Source of the DNA: Candidatus Poribacteria bacterium
GTDB lineage: Bacteria > Poribacteria > WGA-4E > WGA-3G
DNA length: 64,000 nucleotides
NCBI GenBank assembly: GCA_965205015.1
Contig: OZ242029.1
Location: 2,272,001-2,336,000 of the forward strand
Direction: 5' to 3'
Part shown: positions 29,623 through 39,143 of the stretch, one piece after another
Layout of the letters: every line of letters starts with the position of its first letter
Position numbering within the stretch: the first letter of the stretch is position 1
Made by a program: the position numbers and the translations under genes
Notes under the pieces: model-generated
The model's database searches: none
Seen by the model: the letters and a program-made list of their open reading frames with translations, nothing else
What the model was told of the DNA's origin: nothing

Positions 29623-29664
29623 ATCAATTCATTATATACTCTGTCGAAAAAGGAGTCAAGCAAC

Positions 29665-30999
29665 ATGGATAGCTTAGGAAAAATTGTAAAAGTTGACGTT
29701 GTTGATCTACGCGTTCCCACATCGGATACACTCCTCGGTTCCGATCCTTTCCATAAAAAACCGAATTATTCCGCAGTCCTAACGACACTCGAAACGAGTA
29801 CAGGGTACCACGGCATATCCGTAGCGTTCACCGCTGGTGCCGGAAACGACTGGATCGCTTACGGGGTTAAAGACCTCGCGCACCTCGTGGTTGGGATGGA
29901 GATGGCGACTTTCGTTGATAACCCTGGCGCGTTTCACAGGCTTCTCGTTGACCATCACCAGTTACGGTGGCTTGCTGACGGCGTTAACCGGATGGCGATC
30001 GGGAGCATCGTCAACGCGATGTGGGATGCCTGGGCAAAACTGGTGGATAAACCGCTCTGGAAACTCCTTGTCGATTTACCACCGGAGAAGATTGTGGAGT
30101 CTATTGATTGGCGGTACCTGCGCGATGCCTTAACACCCGACGAAGCGGAAGAGATTCTCAACACGCATTGGGACAGTCGCGAAGTACGCGAGCAGACGCT
30201 CCGTCAGCAAGGACCGAAGGCTTATTCCACCGCGGGATGGCTCGGTTTAACAGACGAACAAATTATCGAAACTGTGAATCAGGTGAAAGCCGACGGACTT
30301 GACTGCTTCAAAATGAAGGTTGGACAGGATCTGGATTTCGACAAGAAACGACTCGCCTTCATCCGGGAGACAATCGGTCCACAGGCACGTTTGATGCTTG
30401 ACGCAAACCAGATATGGGGTGTCGATGAAGCAATCGCCTATATGGAAGCGTTAGCACAATTCAAACCGACATGGATTGAGGAACCTACAGCCCGCGACGA
30501 TGTGCTCGGTTTCGTGAAAATCGCACGTGCCTTAGAGAAATACGGTATTGGCGTCGCTACTGGGGAACAGGTACCGTCGCCTGTCATCTTCAAACAATTA
30601 ATCACGAGTGAGGCGATCCAGTACTGCCAGATTGACGCGACGCGGCTCGGAGGGGTCAACGATGTGCTCGGCGTCATCTTGATGGCGGCGAAATACGGTG
30701 TTCCTGTCTGCCCGCACGGTGGAGGTATCGGGTTGTGTAACATGATTCAACATTACGCCATCTGGGATCAAATTTGCGTCGCCGCGCATTCAGAAACACA
30801 GGTGGTTGAGTACCTCAACTTCTTACAAGCGGACGTTTTCCTATACCCAATTCAGGTACGCAATGGTGCCTATGTTACGCCAACGGTCCCCGGTTGGGGA
30901 CTGGAGATGTATCCGGAGTTCGTCGAAGCGCATACCTATCCGACAGGCTCCGTCTGGCAGGGGAGGGAGGCATCTGGAAGTGTAACGTTCTTGGCGTAG
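29665..30999 (+). CDS. Enolase-superfamily sugar acid dehydratase (L-fuconate dehydratase-like)
   Basis: GSDPFH, KMKVG, DANQ, EEP, TGE, CPH; AGGAG RBS. Confidence 0.85.
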   Translation: MDSLGKIVKVDVVDLRVPTSDTLLGSDPFHKKPNYSAVLTTLETSTGYHGISVAFTAGAGNDWIAYGVKDLAHLVVGMEMATFVDNPGAFHRLLVDHHQLRWLADGVNRMAIGSIVNAMWDAWAKLVDKPLWKLLVDLPPEKIVESIDWRYLRDALTPDEAEEILNTHWDSREVREQTLRQQGPKAYSTAGWLGLTDEQIIETVNQVKADGLDCFKMKVGQDLDFDKKRLAFIRETIGPQARLMLDANQIWGVDEAIAYMEALAQFKPTWIEEPTARDDVLGFVKIARALEKYGIGVATGEQVPSPVIFKQLITSEAIQYCQIDATRLGGVNDVLGVILMAAKYGVPVCPHGGGIGLCNMIQHYAIWDQICVAAHSETQVVEYLNFLQADVFLYPIQVRNGAYVTPTVPGWGLEMYPEFVEAHTYPTGSVWQGREASGSVTFLA

Positions 31000-31070
31000 T
31001 TGCCTTAACGAAAATGCGCGGTTAAAAACCGCGCTGATGAGATGAGAGAACACTGTCAAGATCGAATCTG

Positions 31071-31826
31071 TTAGAGTTTTGCCTCCTCTGCACGTTCTTT
31101 AAATGCTGCTGCACCTGCCGTAATCCATCCACCAACGCCGGTCATTAAAAACCGCACACCTGCTTTGACATATTTCTCAACCGTGGCATCGAGCGTCAAA
31201 GTCCCGGCAACCCGTCCTGCCTCTTGGATACGAGCAAGCGCGGAGTCAATTGTGTTTTGAACATCTGGATGGGTAAGATTTCCGATATGCCCCATAGAGG
31301 TCGCTAAATCTGAAGGGGCAACGAAAAATACGTCAATATGATCGACGGTCAGAATCTCGTCCAGGTTGTTAACCGCGACGATGTCTTCAATCAGGACGAT
31401 GACGAGCGTTTGCGAGTTGGCGACATCAAAATAGTTGTCCACCCCGTAGCCTTGGCGACTGGTGAACATTCCACGGTGTCCGATCGGTGCGAACTTCGCG
31501 CCCTCTACGACGTTTTGTGCCTCCGCTTTCGTGTTGACGTGCGGGACACAGATGCCCATGGCACCACAATCCAATGTGCGGTAGATGAGTCCCTGGTCGT
31601 TGCGGTTGACACGTGTGATAGAGGTCATCCCCCAGAGATCGCAGGCACGCGTCAGGTCCCCAAGTTCTGCCGCATCCACCCGTCCGTGTTCGCCTTCCAG
31701 CCACACACCATCGTATCCGTTCGGACCGAAGGTATCTATATCATCAGCACTCGTCAACCCTGAGATGACGAACGCCAGGTCGCCAGCCGCTAACTTCTCT
31801 TTAACCCGATTTGGTCTTATTTCCAT
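31071..31826 (-). CDS. HpcH/HpaI aldolase family protein
   Basis: EGEHG, LDCGAMGICVPHV, IED, APSDL. Confidence 0.88.
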   Translation of the reverse strand: MEIRPNRVKEKLAAGDLAFVISGLTSADDIDTFGPNGYDGVWLEGEHGRVDAAELGDLTRACDLWGMTSITRVNRNDQGLIYRTLDCGAMGICVPHVNTKAEAQNVVEGAKFAPIGHRGMFTSRQGYGVDNYFDVANSQTLVIVLIEDIVAVNNLDEILTVDHIDVFFVAPSDLATSMGHIGNLTHPDVQNTIDSALARIQEAGRVAGTLTLDATVEKYVKAGVRFLMTGVGGWITAGAAAFKERAEEAKL

Positions 31827-31889
31827 AGATTTCTCCTATGAGGTTATTATTTTAGCGTAAGGGTATCAGGAATCCTGAAAGTTGTCTAT

Positions 31890-31928
31890 AAAAAAGTGAA
31901 GTGCGCACTTGAAAAGCACGCACTTCGC
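31890..31928 (-). terminator. Probable intrinsic terminator
   Basis: A6 followed by GAAGTGCG...CGCACTTC stem, downstream of 32000-32434. Confidence 0.5.
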
Positions 31929-31999
31929 GTTCAGCGTCGTAGTTGTACTTTCATTCAATGAATCATACCACTACGAACCGGAATATCAATCTCAGTTTC

Positions 32000-32434
32000 C
32001 TATTCACTGGCACTGGCGCGTAACAAGTAAGCACCCATCGCGCCGTTCAGCAACGGAAGTATGGCATCAAAGAGAATCCATACGAACTGTCGAGTGCCCA
32101 TGTTGACAGCAGTGAAGTCTGACCCGATATCGCTGATACCGAACCAGTTCCAGAGGAAGATGATCGCCGCGAACATAAACCCATAGAACATTGTGTTCGC
32201 CGCTATAAACTCTTGGACGCTTGCATCCGCACCGGCACGGCTCATGCGACTGTAACTGAAAATCACGCCCAGTATTATTGAAATAGCAGAGAGCCAGTTG
32301 ATATAGTCCCAAGCAGAACTGTGCGGACTATCTTCGGTGGAAGTATGGTAAATCGGCTCAAGTACTGTTTGAATGGCGACTATCGCCGCGATGATGATAA
32401 GCGCAACGCCTATAACTCGTTTGAGGGCTTCCAT
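32000..32434 (-). CDS. Hypothetical 4-TM membrane protein
   Basis: Four hydrophobic segments; AGGAG RBS before MEALKR. Confidence 0.65.
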   Translation of the reverse strand: MEALKRVIGVALIIIAAIVAIQTVLEPIYHTSTEDSPHSSAWDYINWLSAISIILGVIFSYSRMSRAGADASVQEFIAANTMFYGFMFAAIIFLWNWFGISDIGSDFTAVNMGTRQFVWILFDAILPLLNGAMGAYLLRASASE

Positions 32435-32590
32435 GATTTTCTCCTTTTCCCTTAGAGGGATAGTTAAATCCTGTCCCAAGCATCGAAGTTAGGTCCATCA
32501 TTTGTTTACAAAGAAATCCACCAAATTCGCCTGCATTATACATTTTACAACATATATAGTCAAATTTTTGCGAAAAAGTATCTCGGGATG

Positions 32591-33499
32591 TTAAAAGCGA
32601 AGGAATGTCTCAATCTCCGCAGCATACCTCTCAAAATCACGCGCAGCGAGAGATTTTAGATTGTCCAACTGCGTAAGGGTATCCAACTCCCAGAAATCAA
32701 TTTCTGGATTGATTCGCAGATAATTCTTCTTTAACAGCAGTTTTGCTGTATTCGCGGAGGCTTGAGATTGAAGCGTCATCACATAGGAGGTCAACTTCGC
32801 ACCAGCCCACCCCGTGATGAATCCCCATCCGCGTCTGTTGCGATACATATCCACTGAATGTCCCGTGCCAACGGATAGCATCCGAACCTCTTGTGCCTCT
32901 TTCCCAAACACCGAGAGTGCCTCTGTGAAAGCGACCGTGGACGGATTGTTTGCCCAGAGACCGCCATCTGCTAACAGGAACTTGCCAACGGATTTTGGCG
33001 CGAAAAATGTAGGCGCGGCACAGGAAGCGAGGATTGCCTCTCTCAGGCTCACATCTTTACCTGTAGGAGCGATCTCCGAATCGCGACATCCATAATTGGA
33101 TCTAAAAATGTGAACTTCACTTTTGGAAATCTCTGAACTCGTTATCATCAACGGGTTTGCTATTTCGTGAAGAGGCGTTGGGGGGATATGCTTCGCGAGA
33201 ATCTGTGCGAGCGGCTCACTCGGATATTTACTGAGAAACAGCGGAATGCGATACCATCTCCTTCGGAAGATATAAGGGGTTTCCGTCTCAAAAAGTTCGA
33301 CAATCTCTGGCATAGGAATGTCGGAGACGGCGGCACCAGCGATGATTGCTCCCGTGCTTGTCCCAGCAATAAGATCAAAACAGGTTCTGATGTGTGTCCC
33401 AAAAGCCTGTTCAATGTTGGCAAGGAGTTGAGCGGTGTATATGCCGCGAGTGCCACCGCCATCTAACGCGAGGATGTGGAAGGTGTCTGTGTTGCTCAT
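32591..33499 (-). CDS. Patatin-like phospholipase (CapV-like)
   Basis: DGGGTRG, GTSTG, SCAAPTFF, DGGLWANNP. Confidence 0.88.
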   Translation of the reverse strand: MSNTDTFHILALDGGGTRGIYTAQLLANIEQAFGTHIRTCFDLIAGTSTGAIIAGAAVSDIPMPEIVELFETETPYIFRRRWYRIPLFLSKYPSEPLAQILAKHIPPTPLHEIANPLMITSSEISKSEVHIFRSNYGCRDSEIAPTGKDVSLREAILASCAAPTFFAPKSVGKFLLADGGLWANNPSTVAFTEALSVFGKEAQEVRMLSVGTGHSVDMYRNRRGWGFITGWAGAKLTSYVMTLQSQASANTAKLLLKKNYLRINPEIDFWELDTLTQLDNLKSLAARDFERYAAEIETFLRF

Positions 33500-33608
33500 T
33501 GGTTGTTTCCTGATATATCTCATACATCGATTTTTCTTTATCTCTTTATCTTTGTATGCTAACTCAAAATACCATACCTTTCTGCCGAAATCAACTGAAT
33601 TTTGGCAC

Positions 33609-33638
33609 TTGACACAAACCCACAATTTCTGCTAAAAT
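33609..33638 (+). promoter_or_regulatory. Sigma-70-like promoter
   Basis: TTGACA-18-TAAAAT with TG extension, upstream of the SOD gene. Confidence 0.5.
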
Positions 33639-33669
33639 GCTTGTCAAAACAGCAGGACAGGGAGAACCC

Positions 33670-34374
33670 ATGAACCGTAGAAACTTTTTAATTCACGGAA
33701 GCACCGCGTTAGCGGGACTTTTCGTTGCGCATAGTCCCCTGCGTGTATATGCCAACCATCACGAAGGTCAGCAATTACCACCCTTACCTTACGCCTACGA
33801 TGCGCTTGAACCGCATATTGACAAGCGCACCATGGAAATCCATCATGGGAAACACCACCAGGGCTACGTCAATAAACTCAACGCAGCAGTCGCACGCAGC
33901 CATGACCTGATGCACATGTCGCTTGAAGGCATGCTCCGAAATATTGAAAGGGTGCCGAAGCATCTCCGACAAGCCGTTATCAACAGCGGCGGTGGACACG
34001 CCAACCATACGCTTTTCTGGAGTATTATGATTCCGGGAGGCAGCGAACCGACAGGTAAAGTCGCCGAAGCCATTCAATCCACTTTCGGTTCCTTTGATGC
34101 CGGCAGTGAAATGTTCGTCAAAGCAGCGAAAACGCATTTCGGGTCAGGATGGGCATGGCTCGTTGTCGACGAAAACAAGAAGTTGCAGATCTACTCAACA
34201 TCGAATCAGGATAGCCCACTGATGAAGGGGCATACCCCTATCCTCGGTCTCGATGTCTGGGAACACGCCTATTATCTCAATTATCAGAACCGACGCGCCG
34301 ACTACGTTGATGCGTGGGGCAAAGTCGTCAATTGGGAGCAGGTCAACACCAACTATCTCGCAGCAATGAAGTGA
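33670..34374 (+). CDS. sodA: Mn/Fe superoxide dismutase with Tat signal
   Basis: MNRRNFL; [31 protein letters not shown]. Confidence 0.92.
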   Translation: MNRRNFLIHGSTALAGLFVAHSPLRVYANHHEGQQLPPLPYAYDALEPHIDKRTMEIHHGKHHQGYVNKLNAAVARSHDLMHMSLEGMLRNIERVPKHLRQAVINSGGGHANHTLFWSIMIPGGSEPTGKVAEAIQSTFGSFDAGSEMFVKAAKTHFGSGWAWLVVDENKKLQIYSTSNQDSPLMKGHTPILGLDVWEHAYYLNYQNRRADYVDAWGKVVNWEQVNTNYLAAMK

Positions 34375-34413
34375 TAACAAACATCGGCGCAGTTAAAGTA
34401 GAGAGGAGACACT

Positions 34414-35550
34414 ATGGAGCGTAGAGATTTTTTGCGGCAGAGCGGTTTAACGCTTACCGGGTTGCTGCTCAGCCCGTGGGCGGTCTACGCCTTCCCGAGT
34501 CGTGAAGGTGAAGTGCTTATTCCATTTACCGATCAGCCACCGGAACCGCCTTCAAAGCGCGGTTTACTGGATTGGGACGCGCTCGATTCCTTTATCACAC
34601 CGAACGCTGAATTCTTCAACGTTTCACATTACGGCAAACCTGAGGTAGACCTCGCGACGTGGAAGCTGGAAGTAAGTGGCTTGGTTGAAAACCCGCTGAT
34701 GTTCACGATTGAGGACATCAAAGCACGTCCCCGACAGGAGGTGACCTTTACGCTGGAATGCTCCGGTAACCACGGATTTCCAACGTTCACTGGTGGTATT
34801 GGCAACGCGAAATGGGCAGGGACACCCCTCGCACCGATTCTCAAAGAAGCCGGTATCCGAGAAAACGGCATTGAGGTCATCTTCTTCGGACACGATGTCG
34901 GGGAAGAGGAACGGCGTAAAGTGAAAATGCGTCAGAATTTCGCCCGAAGCATGTCCGTTGAAGACGCACTACAGGACACAAATCTCCTCTGCTATGAGAT
35001 GAACGGTGAACCGTTACCACACGCAAATGGGGCACCCTTGCGTCTGATCGCTCCCGGTTGGTATGGGATTGCCTGTGTCAAGTGGCTCAAACGCATTGAG
35101 GTGCGCGATACCCGGTACATGGGACGGTTCATGGGACGCGATTATGTCACGATACGCGAGGAGAAACGTCCGGATGGTGAATCGGTGTGGATGGAGACTT
35201 CGGTGGGTAGAACAAAGTTGAAATCGTTAGCGGCGAAGGTAACCCGTATCGGCGATAAATACCGTATCTACGGAGCCGCGTGGGGTGCTCCGATCCAAAC
35301 GGTTGAAGTGAGCATTGACGGAGGCGCATGGCAAAAGGCGACGATAGACTCGGAGGAGGACGCTGAATTCGCGTGGAAAATCTGGCATCTCGACTGGAAC
35401 AGCCCGTCGAAGGGGGAACACACCGTCGTCTCCAGAGCCATTGATACGATGGGAAACATCCAACCCGCGGGTGATTCCGACTACATTACTGGAAAGCACA
35501 CCTATTGGGAGAGCAACGGTCAGGTTATCCGCCGAGTCAATATTGAATAG
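34414..35550 (+). CDS. Tat-exported sulfite oxidase-family molybdoenzyme
   Basis: MERRDFL; LECSGN, NAKWAG, MNGEPL...GAPLRL..PGWYG..VKWL; C-terminal dimerisation domain. Confidence 0.88.
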   Translation: MERRDFLRQSGLTLTGLLLSPWAVYAFPSREGEVLIPFTDQPPEPPSKRGLLDWDALDSFITPNAEFFNVSHYGKPEVDLATWKLEVSGLVENPLMFTIEDIKARPRQEVTFTLECSGNHGFPTFTGGIGNAKWAGTPLAPILKEAGIRENGIEVIFFGHDVGEEERRKVKMRQNFARSMSVEDALQDTNLLCYEMNGEPLPHANGAPLRLIAPGWYGIACVKWLKRIEVRDTRYMGRFMGRDYVTIREEKRPDGESVWMETSVGRTKLKSLAAKVTRIGDKYRIYGAAWGAPIQTVEVSIDGGAWQKATIDSEEDAEFAWKIWHLDWNSPSKGEHTVVSRAIDTMGNIQPAGDSDYITGKHTYWESNGQVIRRVNIE

Positions 35551-35569
35551 AAGACTTTATGGAGATTGT

Positions 35570-36349
35570 ATGCACATAACCGATGTACAAAAACAGCAAT
35601 TCCAAGAGGAAGGCTATTTCATTTTAGAGAATGTGATCCCAGAACCGCTGCTGGAACTGCTCCGCGGTGAATGCGGAACCTTTATCGATCAGATGGATGC
35701 CGATATGGACCGGCAGGACACGGATGTCCTCGGCATCAATCATCGCAACAAACGCTATTTCGTCTCAAACTGCTTCAGGAAACAGCCGAAACTTCGCGAA
35801 TTCCTATTCAGCGATTTAATGGCGGAAGTCTGCCGTGCCACCTTAGGCGAGACGGCGTACCTTTTCTGGGAACAGTATGTCGTCAAAGGCGCAGAAGCCG
35901 GGATGAAGTTCAGCTGGCACCAGGATTCAGGCTACGTCGGTTATCCTGACCATAAGCCGTATCTTACCTGTTGGTGCGCACTCGATGATATGTCCGAAGA
36001 GAACGGCACCGTCTACGTGATGCCATTTTCGAGTATCGGCATCCGTTCATGGGTGAAGCATATCCGTGAAGCGGGAAGCAACGATATGGTGGGTTATTTC
36101 GGACCGGAAAAAGGGGTACCTGCGATTGTGCCTGCGGGCAGCATTGTCGCCTTCACGAGTATCAATTTCCACTCCAGCGGCACAAACTACACGCCCAACC
36201 TGCGGCGTGCGTATCTTGCGCAGTATTCAGCGGAACCGCTCCTTTCACACGACGGGAGTCGGTTGTGGGGCAATGCAGAGCCATTGTTGCGGGATGGAAA
36301 GTCTGTTGTCGGGGAACCACCACCGGATATTACGTCGCGGTTTGATTGA
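35570..36349 (+). CDS. Phytanoyl-CoA dioxygenase family protein
   Basis: WHQD, WCALDD..ENG, FHSSG.N....RR. Confidence 0.88.
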   Translation: MHITDVQKQQFQEEGYFILENVIPEPLLELLRGECGTFIDQMDADMDRQDTDVLGINHRNKRYFVSNCFRKQPKLREFLFSDLMAEVCRATLGETAYLFWEQYVVKGAEAGMKFSWHQDSGYVGYPDHKPYLTCWCALDDMSEENGTVYVMPFSSIGIRSWVKHIREAGSNDMVGYFGPEKGVPAIVPAGSIVAFTSINFHSSGTNYTPNLRRAYLAQYSAEPLLSHDGSRLWGNAEPLLRDGKSVVGEPPPDITSRFD

Positions 36350-36401
36350 TGAGAGTTGGTCGGCGGACTGTTTTGCTAAACAGATTTACATTATCTCTGA
36401 T

Positions 36402-38621
36402 TCACTCAGTGTTATCAAGTTCTTGAAGCGATTGCTCTATCTCAGCTTTAAGGTCTTGATTGTCCGTATCTTCTGCCAATTCCAAGGCTTTCTGGAAATC
36501 CGCTTTTGCTGCCTGATCTCTGCCTAGGAGAGCGTTTGCTTTGCCTCGGGTATCATATGCTTCGGCATAATTCGGACTTAGGCGGAGGGCTTCGGTACAG
36601 TCAGTAATAGCATTCTCATATTCGCTCAGTAAGATTTTGGCAATCCCGCGGTTACGATAGGCATAGATATCATCGGGATTTAACTGGATAGCCTTATTAA
36701 GATCAGCAATAGCAGCCTCATATTCCCCTAATTTACTTTTATCAATGCCTCGGTTATGGTAGGCATGGGCATCATTTGAATTAATCTTAATAGCCTCGCT
36801 ATAATCTTGGATGGCAGCCTCATGTCTTCCTAACTGCCCCTTCACATATCCACGATTATAATAAGTAACAGCATCCGGATTTAATTGGATAGTCTTGTTG
36901 TAGTCAGCAATAGCAGCCTCATATTCCCCTAGTTCACGCTTTGCGTCCGCCCTGTCTTTGTAGGCTTGTGCCAAAGTGGGGTTAACCTTAATGGCCTCGT
37001 CATAGTCAGCAATAGCCTTTATGTATCGCCCTATGGTGCTTTTCACATTGCCACGAAGGATATAGGCAAGATCTATATGATTTAGAGAACGATCAGATTT
37101 AATCTGGATAGCTTTATCAAGATCATCAATCGCAGTTTCATATTGACCTCTTATGAATTTTACACCCCCTCGCATGGTGTAGGCAAAGCCTATATGGTTT
37201 ACAGCAGGATCAGGTTTTAGCCGAATGGCTTGGTCGATATCTACAATAGCAGCGTCGTATTGTTTCCTCGTGAACTGTGCTATTCCTCGTATAAGGTAGG
37301 CATAGGGAGCGTCTACTTTGAGTTGAATGCTCTTATCAAAATCAGCAAGTGCAGCTTCAAACATATTTTCGCCGAGTTTGCTAAGTCCTCGCCTAAAGTA
37401 AGCGTCCGCGTCATCTGATTTATGGCGTATTACTTCGTCATAGTCAGCGACAGCAGCCTCATGTAGACCTAATGCAGCCCTCGCGTGTCCACGCATAACA
37501 TAAGTTGCAACATCACTTGGATTGTGCCGGAGAGCTTCGTTAAAATCACCAATAGCCTCTTCATATTCTTTGCGGGCATTCCTTGCACCACCGCGAGCGG
37601 TGTAAGCAAGATAGATGGAAGGATCATCCAAATTTAATCGGAGGGCTTCATCAGCATCAGCAATAGCAGTCTCATATTGACCCAGTAATCTATTTATACC
37701 ACTGCGAATGAGATAAGCGAAGTAAACACAAACTTCATCTGAATCCAATTGGATAACTTTGTCAAAATCAGCAATAGCAGCCTCATATTGACTCAGCGTG
37801 CACTTTACATTGGCGAGCTTAAGATAGGCATAAGGATCAGCTGGGTTAATCCGAATGGCTTCATTGAAGTCAGCAACCGCGGATTCATACTGCCCAAGCG
37901 AGTATTTTGCCTCGCCACAGTAATAGTAGGTTTCAGCAGAATCAGGTTTTAGCCCAATTGATTGATGGTAAGCGAGAATTGCTTCTTCTTTTTTATCTCC
38001 TGCGAAAAGAGAGTTACCGATGGAGAAAAATGCCTCCGCTGCGAGCACGTTGAGGGGTTTTTCCGGCAACCCGGTAGGATTATCGTGTCGATCCTCATTT
38101 TTTATGTTGTCTGGATTTGTGCCTTCTGTTAGTTCAGGAAACAGATCTGTCAATTTTGGAAAGTGCTCGTTCTCATATTCCGTGATAAGAATACCGATGA
38201 AATCCATTAATGGTGCCAAGGGATGCTTTTCATCGTCACCGACGACATAGATTAACTCTTTCAATACCGTATCAAGTTGTTTGTAGTCGGTTTCGGTTAG
38301 TGTAGTGAAGCTGTTATTTGCATTCCGATTCGCTATATCGGTTAACTCTTCAAGGACCTCTACAAGCCATTGGTAGTCGCTTTCCGGATATGAAGCGGAT
38401 TCAACCTGTTGCTGTACTGATGCTTGCACCGGTTCGGAAAATAATATGGGAATTTCAGGAGCGTTCTCCCACATCAGTGTTTGTAGATGTTCAGAACTGA
38501 ATTCAGCAATTGTTTGCTTTTGGAGGAACGCACTAATGTCTGTTTTCTCAAATAGGACATTAAGTCCCAAAGAAATTGGTGTTGGTGATACATTTTGTGT
38601 AGGAGATTTTTCAATTAACAT
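36402..38621 (-). CDS. HigA-like N-terminal module fused to 15 TPR repeats
   Basis: TETDYKQL..LKELI..VGDDEKHPLAPLMDFIGILITEYENEHFP followed by 15 TPR units counted by eye; starts 3 nt after the higB stop. Confidence 0.8.
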   Translation of the reverse strand: MLIEKSPTQNVSPTPISLGLNVLFEKTDISAFLQKQTIAEFSSEHLQTLMWENAPEIPILFSEPVQASVQQQVESASYPESDYQWLVEVLEELTDIANRNANNSFTTLTETDYKQLDTVLKELIYVVGDDEKHPLAPLMDFIGILITEYENEHFPKLTDLFPELTEGTNPDNIKNEDRHDNPTGLPEKPLNVLAAEAFFSIGNSLFAGDKKEEAILAYHQSIGLKPDSAETYYYCGEAKYSLGQYESAVADFNEAIRINPADPYAYLKLANVKCTLSQYEAAIADFDKVIQLDSDEVCVYFAYLIRSGINRLLGQYETAIADADEALRLNLDDPSIYLAYTARGGARNARKEYEEAIGDFNEALRHNPSDVATYVMRGHARAALGLHEAAVADYDEVIRHKSDDADAYFRRGLSKLGENMFEAALADFDKSIQLKVDAPYAYLIRGIAQFTRKQYDAAIVDIDQAIRLKPDPAVNHIGFAYTMRGGVKFIRGQYETAIDDLDKAIQIKSDRSLNHIDLAYILRGNVKSTIGRYIKAIADYDEAIKVNPTLAQAYKDRADAKRELGEYEAAIADYNKTIQLNPDAVTYYNRGYVKGQLGRHEAAIQDYSEAIKINSNDAHAYHNRGIDKSKLGEYEAAIADLNKAIQLNPDDIYAYRNRGIAKILLSEYENAITDCTEALRLSPNYAEAYDTRGKANALLGRDQAAKADFQKALELAEDTDNQDLKAEIEQSLQELDNTE

Positions 38622-38624
38622 GGT

Positions 38625-38945
38625 TTACCTTCTCCAATTTCCTGTATCATACTCATCGTGCGTTAGCACCTGATCGATAATCACAACCTGCTTCGTGTAT
38701 TGTACAACCGCAATGAGACGGGCATCGTTGCCACTAATATTGAAAACCGTTAGTGTTACCGATTCGCGATTAAATCTTCGGGGTTGTACCTTCACCGGTG
38801 AAACGCGTCCGAACGTTTCACGCAGGTCAATAATTGACTTAAAACTTCCTTCTCTTATCACTTGAGCCCAATGGTTGAGGGAGGCACGAGTATTCGGATG
38901 TCGCTTTGCAAATTTCGCTAACTCATTTTCTCTAACAATTCGCAT
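38625..38945 (-). CDS. higB: HigB-family mRNA interferase toxin
   Basis: MRIV...L..F...HP...L..W, VFNISGNDARLI, VLTHDEYD. Confidence 0.88.
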   Translation of the reverse strand: MRIVRENELAKFAKRHPNTRASLNHWAQVIREGSFKSIIDLRETFGRVSPVKVQPRRFNRESVTLTVFNISGNDARLIAVVQYTKQVVIIDQVLTHDEYDTGNWRR

Positions 38946-39143
38946 AAAAGGGCCGTGTAGTGTGTTTGTTGAATTAAGGACTGCGTATGTTTTTGAAATA
39001 CCAGCAGAGGAACCGCCGGCACGGCCGATAGTAAAATTACATTATCTTATTCGATCTGTCCCTCAAGACCGCTAATATTATACCACGTGAAAATCTATAT
39101 GACAAAAGAATTGCGTTGATAGAGCAGCACCCTTAAGTTGTTT

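Noticed and set aside
29434-29664. Long N-terminal extension of the dehydratase
   Set aside because: Overlaps pduO on the other strand; a good RBS precedes the ATG at 29665. Similar trims were applied to the ORFs at 35441, 46703 and 52044
32000-33625. Complete CBASS operon
   Set aside because: No CD-NTase or Cap2/Cap3 genes adjacent
36402-38000. DNA-level repeats (TCAGCAATAGCAGCCTCATATT) as a DGR or shufflon
   Set aside because: Explained by TPR coding repeats; no reverse transcriptase or invertase nearby
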